Below are positions 36,264-43,648 of a DNA stretch of 64,000 nucleotides, piece by piece. A program made the translations under genes and the position numbers. Under the pieces are notes generated by a model, which was given only the letters and a program-made list of their open reading frames with translations, was not told where the DNA came from and searched no databases. The stretch comes from Bacillota bacterium (lineage in GTDB: Bacteria > Bacillota > Clostridia > Christensenellales > UBA1242): the NCBI GenBank assembly GCA_009784185.1, contig WRCD01000002.1, positions 132,935 through 196,934 of the forward strand. The letters run 5' to 3'. Numbering within the stretch: the stretch's first letter is position 1; each line of letters opens with the position of its first letter.

Positions 36264-38372
36264 ATGAAAAATATTATTGAACGAATTAAAAACGAGAATC
36301 TGGAGTTTTTGTCGGCAGATAAACTGGCCGACAAACTTTCGTATGGCAGCAAACAAGAAAAAACCGGGTATTATACCGAAATTAATAAAATGCTTGAATC
36401 AGGCCGGTTAGTTCTCAGCGGCTCCAGCATTGTGCTGCCTGAAACAATAGGGGTTGTACGCGGAAAGCTCAGCGGCAATCACCGGGGCTTTGCGTTTTGT
36501 GTGGTAGCCGGGCAGGAAGCAGTGCCGGATGTTTTTATTGCGGGCAAGGATTTGGGCGGGGCATTGCACAAGGACTCCGTTTTAATTAAAATTACCAAAA
36601 AGCTGAATCAGTTGCACGGTGCAGAAGGTGTTGTACTTAAAGTGCTGGAGCGCAACCGCGAAAACATTGTTGGTACCTTAGAGTTTAAACAAAACAATGC
36701 GGCAATGGTTGTGCCGGATGACAGCCATTATTTCAGTAATATATACGTAACCAACCTGAAAAAAATAAAGGCCAAACACGGCGATAAGGTTGTTGCAAGA
36801 GTAACCGATTACAACACGCGTTACAACCAGGCAGAAGGCGAGGTGGTTGAGGTGTTGGGCTCGGTTAAAAATAAGGGCATAGATATTTTAGGCATAATCC
36901 GCGAGCATAACCTGTATGAGGAGTTCCCGCAGGAAGTTGAGCAGGCGGCACTGTTACTGCCAAACAAGTTAATTGATGCCGACAAGAAAAACCGGACAGA
37001 CTTCACCCGTGACAGAATTGTTACTATTGACCCCGAAGATGCTAAGGACCTGGATGATGCCATTCATATTATTGCACATAAGGACGGCGGCTTTACGCTC
37101 GGCGTACATATAGCCGATGTAGGCCATTATGTTAAGCAGGGCAGCATATTAGACAAAGAAGCATTAAAGCGCGGAACAAGCGTTTATTTTCCGGATAGGG
37201 TTTTGCCTATGCTGCCCAGGCCGCTTAGCAACGGCATATGCAGCCTTAATCCAAATGTTGAGAGATTAACCTTAAGCGTGGTTATGGATATAAACGCAAA
37301 AGGTGTTGTAACCGACAGCAAAATTTACGAGAGCTTTATAAAAACCTGTAACAGAATGAATTATTCCGAAGTCTTTGCAATCCTGGAAAATGATGCAGCA
37401 ATCAGCAAGAAATACGGCTCGGAGCTATGTGCTGACTTAAAGAACATGGAAAAACTCCACAATATCTTGTACAATCTCCGTAAAAAGCGCGGCAGTCTGG
37501 ATTTTGATTTGCCCGAGCCAAAGATTATATTGGATGCAGACGGGAAAGTGGCCGACGTGATTCCATATCCGCGGAACACTGCACATAGAATAATTGAAAG
37601 CTTTATGGTGCTATGTAACGAGGTTGTGGCTGAAACTATGCTTAAACGCACATTGCCGTTTGTATACCGCGTGCATGAGCGGCCCGATGCTCTTAAAATG
37701 AGCAATTTCTTTTCGTTTCTTTCCGGTTTTGGAATGAGCTTAAACATTAATCCGGAATCGGTTACTCCAAAGGACTTGCAGAAACTGTTGTATTCGGTTG
37801 CAGACCAGCCGTACAACGATGTTGTAAACAAGGTTATGCTGCGCTCGCTGCAAAAGGCCAGGTATGCCCCGGGCTGTCTTGGACATTTTGGACTGGCCGC
37901 AACTCATTATTGCCATTTTACATCTCCGATAAGGCGATACCCGGACTTGGTTATTCATAGAATAATAAAGGCGTTGTTTTTAAGCCACGGCAGCAACAGC
38001 CAGAAAGAATTCTTTAATGAGTTTGTGGTTGAAGCCAGTATCCAGTCCAGTTTAAGAGAAAAGCTTGCCGAGACCGCCGAGCGTGATGTAGACGACTTAA
38101 AGAAAGCCGAATTTATGCTGAGTAAAATAGGGCATGAGTTTGACGGCGTAATAAGCGGCGTAACCGAGTTTGGTGTATTTGTTGAGCTTGCCAACACAGT
38201 TGAAGGTATGGCCCGGGTAGAGCGGCTGCCAAAAGACAATTACTTCTTAGAAGAAAAGCGCTATACCTTGCGCGGAACAAGCCACGTATATCAGTTGGGC
38301 GGCAAAGTGCGTGTAAAGTGTATAGGTGCCAACACTTATTCAAAAAAGGTCGATTTTGAAATAATAGAATAA
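36264..38372 (+). CDS. rnr: Ribonuclease R
   Basis: GAGGGGAG SD then ATG 36264. RNB-domain motifs (IDPEDAKDLDDAI, FTSPIRRYPDL) and a C-terminal S1 domain (FDGVISGVTEFGVFVEL). 702 aa. Confidence 0.95.
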   Translation: MKNIIERIKNENLEFLSADKLADKLSYGSKQEKTGYYTEINKMLESGRLVLSGSSIVLPETIGVVRGKLSGNHRGFAFCVVAGQEAVPDVFIAGKDLGGALHKDSVLIKITKKLNQLHGAEGVVLKVLERNRENIVGTLEFKQNNAAMVVPDDSHYFSNIYVTNLKKIKAKHGDKVVARVTDYNTRYNQAEGEVVEVLGSVKNKGIDILGIIREHNLYEEFPQEVEQAALLLPNKLIDADKKNRTDFTRDRIVTIDPEDAKDLDDAIHIIAHKDGGFTLGVHIADVGHYVKQGSILDKEALKRGTSVYFPDRVLPMLPRPLSNGICSLNPNVERLTLSVVMDINAKGVVTDSKIYESFIKTCNRMNYSEVFAILENDAAISKKYGSELCADLKNMEKLHNILYNLRKKRGSLDFDLPEPKIILDADGKVADVIPYPRNTAHRIIESFMVLCNEVVAETMLKRTLPFVYRVHERPDALKMSNFFSFLSGFGMSLNINPESVTPKDLQKLLYSVADQPYNDVVNKVMLRSLQKARYAPGCLGHFGLAATHYCHFTSPIRRYPDLVIHRIIKALFLSHGSNSQKEFFNEFVVEASIQSSLREKLAETAERDVDDLKKAEFMLSKIGHEFDGVISGVTEFGVFVELANTVEGMARVERLPKDNYFLEEKRYTLRGTSHVYQLGGKVRVKCIGANTYSKKVDFEIIE

Positions 38373-38433
38373 ATTTTTAAAAAGGTATTGTATTATTTTT
38401 TTAATATGATATAATATTCGAGGTAGATTTAAG

Positions 38434-38886
38434 ATGAAAGTCGCAGCTACTAACAAAAGAGCTCGTTTTGAATACTTTATTGAGGATACTTACGAGGCAG
38501 GAATAGTATTAGAGGGCAGTGAAGTTAAGTCAATCAGGGCAGGCCAGATAAGCATAAATGATGCGTTTGTAAATTTCAGGCAAGGCGAAGCGTTTATCAA
38601 CAATATGTATATTAAGCATTACGCCAATGCCGCAAATTTTAAACCGAACGAAACGCGGCCGCGAAAACTTCTGCTTCATAAGGGCGAAATTACTAAACTT
38701 AGCTCCGTAGTAAAAGAAAAGGGCAAAACTGTTATTCCGCTCAAGGTTTATCTAAACAAAAACCTTGTAAAGGCCGAAATTGCGCTTGCTAAAGGCAAAC
38801 ACTTGTACGATAAGCGCGAGGCAATAAAAAAACGGGATATTATGCGAGACGCGCGTGTAAGCACTGCTCGCATAAAACAAGCATAA
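38434..38886 (+). CDS. smpB: SsrA-binding protein SmpB
   Basis: 150 aa. NKRARFEYFIEDTYEAGIVLEGSEVKSIR...RKLLLHK. Immediately upstream of the tmRNA. Promoter TTGTAT-16-TGATATAAT lies at about 38388-38418. Confidence 0.95.
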   Translation: MKVAATNKRARFEYFIEDTYEAGIVLEGSEVKSIRAGQISINDAFVNFRQGEAFINNMYIKHYANAANFKPNETRPRKLLLHKGEITKLSSVVKEKGKTVIPLKVYLNKNLVKAEIALAKGKHLYDKREAIKKRDIMRDARVSTARIKQA

Positions 38887-38903
38887 ACTTGTTCTCCCTG
38901 CAT

Positions 38904-39260
38904 GGGAGCGTACAGGTTTCGACGGGCCGGATTAACTAAATAATTGTCGTGCCGCCGTCCTCTGGGGGCGTAAAACCTGGGGAAGTGCTTAAATGCAAAC
39001 TATAACAAACCTGCCTTAGCTGTGGCGTACTAAATTACAGTGTGTTCTTAAAAGATAGGCTTACAAGACTTTAAGAGCATCAAACAAGTAAGCAGACGGC
39101 TTAAAGATTGTTCTGCGATTTAAGCCGTAATTAGCAGAACGGGCTGTTAAGGTTTTGGCGGTTTAGCGCTTTAACAGTACCTATAATAAACCGCAAACGC
39201 ACGAACACAATTACTTAGCTGACGGTTCGGACGAGAGTTCAATTCTCTCCGCTTCCACCA
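38904..39260 (+). ncRNA. ssrA: tmRNA (transfer-messenger RNA)
   Basis: The 5' GGGAGCG pairs with 3' CGCUUCC-ACCA, giving a G3:U alanine-identity pair. Conserved GGUUUCGACGGG lies near the 5' end. A T-arm-like GGACGAGAGUUCAAUUCUCUCC lies at the 3' end. Candidate tag ORF GCA AAC TAT AAC AAA CCT GCC TTA GCT GTG GCG TAC TAA is at 38995-39033. Confidence 0.9.
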
Positions 39261-39288
39261 AAATCACTAAATAAAAAGGAAGTCACAC

Positions 39289-39633
39289 ATGAGCAAATTA
39301 GACTCCAGCGCAAACACTACTCGTACCGATGTCAGCCGTATTGCGTATGCCGAGATATTAGACAACCATGTTAGCAACGGAAAAAGTTATCCGGAAGCCA
39401 GAGAAGACATTCTTGTTTCAACACAAAATCCTACAGATAGCGTGTTTGGCCTGGTAGAGAAGAATCGGACTGATTTTGATAAAGGCGTGGTTGACGCCAA
39501 AAGCTTAGTGCTTAAAAATCTGGATGACCAAAGACTTGAAGATATTATGAAATGGGCGCAGAAGTTACAGGTCTCACTATTCTGGGAACTAAAAAACAGG
39601 AAACCGGAATGCGAGAGAAGCTTAGGCCTTTGA
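39289..39633 (+). CDS. Hypothetical protein (114 aa)
   Basis: AAAGGAAG SD. Starts 29 nt after the tmRNA CCA end with no intervening terminator. No family recognised. Confidence 0.5.
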   Translation: MSKLDSSANTTRTDVSRIAYAEILDNHVSNGKSYPEAREDILVSTQNPTDSVFGLVEKNRTDFDKGVVDAKSLVLKNLDDQRLEDIMKWAQKLQVSLFWELKNRKPECERSLGL

Positions 39634-39674
39634 GAACTTTATAATAAAATTAATATACAAGGAGAAAAATTAAA

Positions 39675-41012
39675 ATGGAACTTGGAGATTTCGGAAGTGT
39701 ATTATTAGGAATACTGGCTATTATAGGGCTGATTGCCTTAACTGCCTTTATTATCATCGTGTTGATTGACCTGATACTGTTTATGTTTGACGGAGGCAGA
39801 AACGGCATCATATTCAGACGCCGCAGATGCGAGTCTGGCACTAAAACAACAACCACTACTGTTACGGAAGAGCGCAAAATTGTTCGCTCCGGCAGTAAAG
39901 ACCGTCCGCTTGTGCTTGAGGACAACACATTGGATGGTGACTACAAGCCTCATTTTGAAGAGTTTGAAAAAGGCGTGGGCTATGACGAAGAGCTTGCTCT
40001 TCGCGAACAGCAGGCAATTATGTCCAGCAAATCCGGCAATACTGTAATCCTTAGTGATGAAGCAGAGCGGAAAGAGTTTGCTAAGGAACGCGAAAAGATT
40101 GTTGAAGAGCGCAGACGTGAGTTTGAAGAGCTGGACAGTCTGTTTAGCGAGGATGAAGACGAAGACGACAGCGTAAGCGAAGAAGAAGCTAAAAAGCAGG
40201 ATGCTTATATTGAAGAAATCAACAAGAAATCGGTTGATGAATATAAGGCAGGCATTGCTAAACCTGAATCGGTTGCTACCGCTGAGGAAGTGCAGGAGGC
40301 CGTTGTTGTAGCTGAGAAAGAGGTTGAAGCCATTCAGACCGAAATTAAACAAACCGAGAAAGAAGTAACCGAAGCTACTACCGTTGTTGAAACCACCAGC
40401 GTTGAAGAAACCGAAGAGCTTGAGTCTGCAAAAACAAGCCTTCAGGTTGAACGATTGAAACTTGAGGAACTCCGAACACAGCTGATTGAAGAGCGCAGAA
40501 TTTTGGAAGAAGAGCGAATCAGGCTGGTTAAGCTATCCCAAATTGAAACCGACGAAGACGGCGGAATGAGATTTAGCGGAAGCATGACTCTTGCAGAAAT
40601 TAACAACAACTTAGACAAATTAAGAATGCGCTTAAAAGACAATGAGCGTGAACTGAAAGCTAACAAGAAAGAGTTTATTCCGCTAAGCAGAGTTAAACGA
40701 ACGCTTGAAAACGACAAGAAGAAACTTCGCAGAAGAGAAGCAATTGTTGCTAAGCAGAAGGTTGTGCTGTACGGTGTTAACAACTACATCGACATAGACG
40801 AGGAAAAGGCTAAGAAGCTGGCCGAAGAACTTGACCTGCTTGACGGACTGAGGCTAAGTGTTCAGCACTGCGAAGATGTTATGACGACCAACCGTGACAG
40901 ATACCCAATCTTAGAAAACACCAACCGCATCTTAACCGAGCAGAACAAGCAGCTTAAGAGCGACATAGCCGAACTGGAAGTAAAGCTTGCATTGCTAATG
41001 GCTAACCAGTAA
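39675..41012 (+). CDS. Membrane-anchored acidic coiled-coil protein (445 aa)
   Basis: AAGGAG SD. N-terminal TM LGILAIIGLIALTAFIIIVLIDLILFMF, then a long E/K-rich heptad-like region. No family recognised. Confidence 0.6.
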   Translation: MELGDFGSVLLGILAIIGLIALTAFIIIVLIDLILFMFDGGRNGIIFRRRRCESGTKTTTTTVTEERKIVRSGSKDRPLVLEDNTLDGDYKPHFEEFEKGVGYDEELALREQQAIMSSKSGNTVILSDEAERKEFAKEREKIVEERRREFEELDSLFSEDEDEDDSVSEEEAKKQDAYIEEINKKSVDEYKAGIAKPESVATAEEVQEAVVVAEKEVEAIQTEIKQTEKEVTEATTVVETTSVEETEELESAKTSLQVERLKLEELRTQLIEERRILEEERIRLVKLSQIETDEDGGMRFSGSMTLAEINNNLDKLRMRLKDNERELKANKKEFIPLSRVKRTLENDKKKLRRREAIVAKQKVVLYGVNNYIDIDEEKAKKLAEELDLLDGLRLSVQHCEDVMTTNRDRYPILENTNRILTEQNKQLKSDIAELEVKLALLMANQ

Positions 41013-41020
41013 TTAAAAAG

Positions 41021-41056
41021 AAAAATCACTTGCCTAAGGCAGGTGGTTTTTGTTTT
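41021..41056 (+). terminator. Rho-independent terminator
   Basis: AAAAATCACTTGCC-TAA-GGCAGGTGGTTTTTGTTTT. Confidence 0.75.
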
Positions 41057-41087
41057 GCGTTTACCTATAATTATGTTACAATTAAAT

Positions 41088-42059
41088 ATGGGATTTTTTA
41101 ATTATTTCAGTAAAGTTAATCGTTTAAAACGCAAAGAGGCTAAGCTGCAGAAAAAACAGTCTAAGCTGTTGCCGAAACCGAAAGCCGGCAAAGCGCTTAA
41201 GGTGGGGCTTGCGCTTGGCGGCGGCGGAATGCTGGGGTTTGGGCACGTTGGCGCTATTATGGCGTTTCGTGACAGCGGCATTGAGTTTGATTATGTTGCG
41301 GGCACCAGCGTTGGTGCGGTAATTGGTGCATTGTATTGTAATGATGTGTCAAACGAGATTATGGAGCAGGCGGCTGAGAGTTTTAAGATAAAAGATATTT
41401 TGACTACCAAAATTCCGTTAATGCCGTCTAAGACTGAAAAACTTGAAGCTTTAATAACTAAATACGCGGGCGATATAAACATTGAGCAGCTTAAGAAGCC
41501 GCTTACCATTGTTGCGGTGGATATTATCAGCGGGCAGGAAGTAAGGCTTACACAGGGCAGCTTAGCTAAAGCCGTAGCCGGCAGCTGTGCTTTTCCGGGG
41601 CTGTTTAATCCGGTTGAGTTTAACGGGATGCATTTAATGGACGGCTCGCTTCAAAATACTATTCCAAGTGATGCGGCGCGCAGAATGGGGGCCGATATTG
41701 TAATTGCTGTTGACCTTAACAGCAACCGCGGGTACGGAACAACCAGTACAAAGTATATTGAGGTTATTAAGGTCAGCCTTCGGATATTAATGAAGGCTTC
41801 GGCGCTTAAAGGCTATGTAGAAAGCGATTTATGTATTACACCCGACCTGACCGGTTTTAAGCATACAAAGCTTAAGGGCAGCAAGGATATGATAGAGATT
41901 GGATACAAGGCAGCCATTGCTGCTGTTCCGGAAATCTGCAAGCTGCTGAGGAGAGTTGCGCCGGACCCGGATGCCCTGCTGATTTCCAGAAAGATTAAGC
42001 AGTTTGACGAGGCGGGCAAAGAGGCAATTGAAAACATTAACACGGAGGAGGATTATTAA
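41088..42059 (+). CDS. Patatin-like phospholipase
   Basis: GLALGGGGMLGFGHVGAIMAF (oxyanion Gly-rich loop), GTSVGA (G-x-S-x-G) and MDGSL (catalytic Asp DG). Start is ambiguous: GTG 41043, ATG 41073 or ATG 41088. No SD seen before any of them. Confidence 0.8.
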   Translation: MGFFNYFSKVNRLKRKEAKLQKKQSKLLPKPKAGKALKVGLALGGGGMLGFGHVGAIMAFRDSGIEFDYVAGTSVGAVIGALYCNDVSNEIMEQAAESFKIKDILTTKIPLMPSKTEKLEALITKYAGDINIEQLKKPLTIVAVDIISGQEVRLTQGSLAKAVAGSCAFPGLFNPVEFNGMHLMDGSLQNTIPSDAARRMGADIVIAVDLNSNRGYGTTSTKYIEVIKVSLRILMKASALKGYVESDLCITPDLTGFKHTKLKGSKDMIEIGYKAAIAAVPEICKLLRRVAPDPDALLISRKIKQFDEAGKEAIENINTEEDY

Positions 42060-43480
42060 TGGCCGCAAGTTCTAACAATAAAAAACCTGCTGCTAAATCC
42101 AATAGCAGCGGCAAAGCGCTTACTGCAAAGCAGAAGCAGGCAATAACTGCAAAAACAACTCAGGCTACAAAGGCCGTAAGCAGTGTAGGCGGTAAAAACA
42201 CGGCCAAAGTGGTAGAAACTGCTGCCAGAATCAGTGCCGGAGGAAGCAAGACTGCACGCAGTAAGACAATAAAGCCTAAAAAGACTAAGCTCCGGTTTGT
42301 TTTGTTTGCTGTAATAACAATAATTATGCTTGCAACCTTGCCGTTTGGCGGAATTATAGAAGGCTTTATGCGGCAGACGTTTGCCGACAGTGATGTTATT
42401 GGTGCGTACAACGTTGTTAAAAACGGTAATCTTGCCGTGCATTTTGTAGATGTGGGGCAGGGTGATTGCATTATGGTAAAATTACCGGACGGCAAAAATA
42501 TGATAATAGACGGCGGAAGTGACACTTTAAGCGCAAATTCTGCCAAAGACAGAATTGAGAACTATGCTAATGATGTGTTTTTTACCGGAAGCAATAAAAA
42601 GTTTGATTACATGATAGCTACTCATAGTGACGCTGACCATATAAACGCATTAGACAGAGTGCTGGAAAAGTTTGAGGTTTCCACTATATACAGACCAAAA
42701 TCATTCTTCAGCATTGGAACACTTTCATCAAATGCCGCCAGAATTGCAATGCAATCGGACGAGGCTGCAAGAATTATTGAGCTGCAAACAGCCGTTCCTA
42801 GCAAACTGGGGGCCTCTGTTACATATCACAGTACTGCAACCTACTTCAACTTTCTTACAGCTGTGTACAATAAGCCCGGTGCAAACGTTTTGTACCATGA
42901 AGCGGGAACTGTTATATCGGGCGGCGGAGCCAACCCTTACAAAATAACTTTTTATAGTCCAAACAAAACGTTTTATGGCACAAGTGATGTAAACAACTTG
43001 TCTGCGGTAGTAGTTATAGAATACAATGGCAAGAGCATTTGTTTAACTGGAGATGCTTATGTGGCGGCCGAAAATGAAATGATAGCCTCTACGGCTTTGC
43101 CTTTACCGAAAGTGGATGCACTGAAACTGGGGCATCACGGCAGCTCAACCAGTACTTCTCAAGGATTTTTAGATGCGCTTGGGCCTACATACATATTTAT
43201 TACTGTCGGGGAAGGCAACAGTTACGGACATCCTACAGAAACGATTTTAAACAGGCTGGATACATTTGGGATTCTGGAGAGCAATTTATTTCGTGCGGAC
43301 TATCACGGCAATATGGTGTTTGCCGTAAGCAATAACATACTGGGCAACAACATTGCAATTGCAATAAGTCAGGGAGAGCCGTTTGTGGTGTATATCAACT
43401 GGTGGTATATTGCAGGCGGAATAATTGTGCTGGCCGGCGTTATATTGTTTGTACCGGCGCTGGTATCCAAAAAGAAATAA
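42059..43480 (+). CDS. ComEC/Rec2-related MBL-fold metallo-hydrolase, membrane-anchored, without the competence-channel domain
   Basis: TAATG overlap with the patatin gene. K/A-rich N-terminus, then a TM. VHFVDVGQGDCIMV and ATHSDADHINAL (HxHxDH-like) motifs. C-terminal TM WWYIAGGIIVLAGVILFVPAL. Confidence 0.7.
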   Translation: MAASSNNKKPAAKSNSSGKALTAKQKQAITAKTTQATKAVSSVGGKNTAKVVETAARISAGGSKTARSKTIKPKKTKLRFVLFAVITIIMLATLPFGGIIEGFMRQTFADSDVIGAYNVVKNGNLAVHFVDVGQGDCIMVKLPDGKNMIIDGGSDTLSANSAKDRIENYANDVFFTGSNKKFDYMIATHSDADHINALDRVLEKFEVSTIYRPKSFFSIGTLSSNAARIAMQSDEAARIIELQTAVPSKLGASVTYHSTATYFNFLTAVYNKPGANVLYHEAGTVISGGGANPYKITFYSPNKTFYGTSDVNNLSAVVVIEYNGKSICLTGDAYVAAENEMIASTALPLPKVDALKLGHHGSSTSTSQGFLDALGPTYIFITVGEGNSYGHPTETILNRLDTFGILESNLFRADYHGNMVFAVSNNILGNNIAIAISQGEPFVVYINWWYIAGGIIVLAGVILFVPALVSKKK

Positions 43481-43501
43481 CTGTCAACTGCATTTCTATA
43501 A

Positions 43502-43533
43502 AATCAAGCAAATAAGGCTTGATTTTTGTTTTT
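43502..43533 (+). terminator. Rho-independent terminator
   Basis: ATCAAGC-AAATAAG-GCTTGAT followed by TTTTGTTTTT. Confidence 0.7.
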
Positions 43534-43553
43534 GTGCATTTTGCACAAAAAAG

Positions 43554-43567
43554 CACAATATATTGTG
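43554..43567. promoter_or_regulatory. NrdR box 1
   Basis: CACAATATATTGTG is a perfect palindrome matching the recalled NrdR-box consensus acaCwAtATaTwGtgt. Confidence 0.7.
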
Positions 43568-43582
43568 GTTATGCTTATTTGT

Positions 43583-43612
43583 TTGACACTAAATATGCGA
43601 TTGAGGTAGAAT
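43583..43612 (+). promoter_or_regulatory. Sigma-70-type promoter of nrdDG
   Basis: TTGACA (43583-43588), 18-nt spacer, TAGAAT (43607-43612). Confidence 0.5.
43586..43599. promoter_or_regulatory. NrdR box 2 (degenerate)
   Basis: ACACTAAATATGCG matches one half-site well. Its centre is 32 bp from the box 1 centre, and it overlaps the -35 and spacer of the nrdD promoter. Confidence 0.45.
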
Positions 43613-43648
43613 GACAACCGGACTAAAATATAAAGGAGAACCACGACC

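Noticed and set aside
38904-41012. A genomic island integrated at the tmRNA gene.
   Set aside because: No integrase gene was found. No direct repeat of the tmRNA 3' end (..TTCAATTCTCTCCGCTTCCACCA) was found downstream.
41043-41088. A fifth leaderless candidate: TATAAT at 41066-41071 upstream of the patatin gene.
   Set aside because: The nearest ATGs are 1 nt (41073) and 16 nt (41088) from the -10, so neither fits the 6-7 nt geometry. The -35 is poor. The start is left ambiguous.
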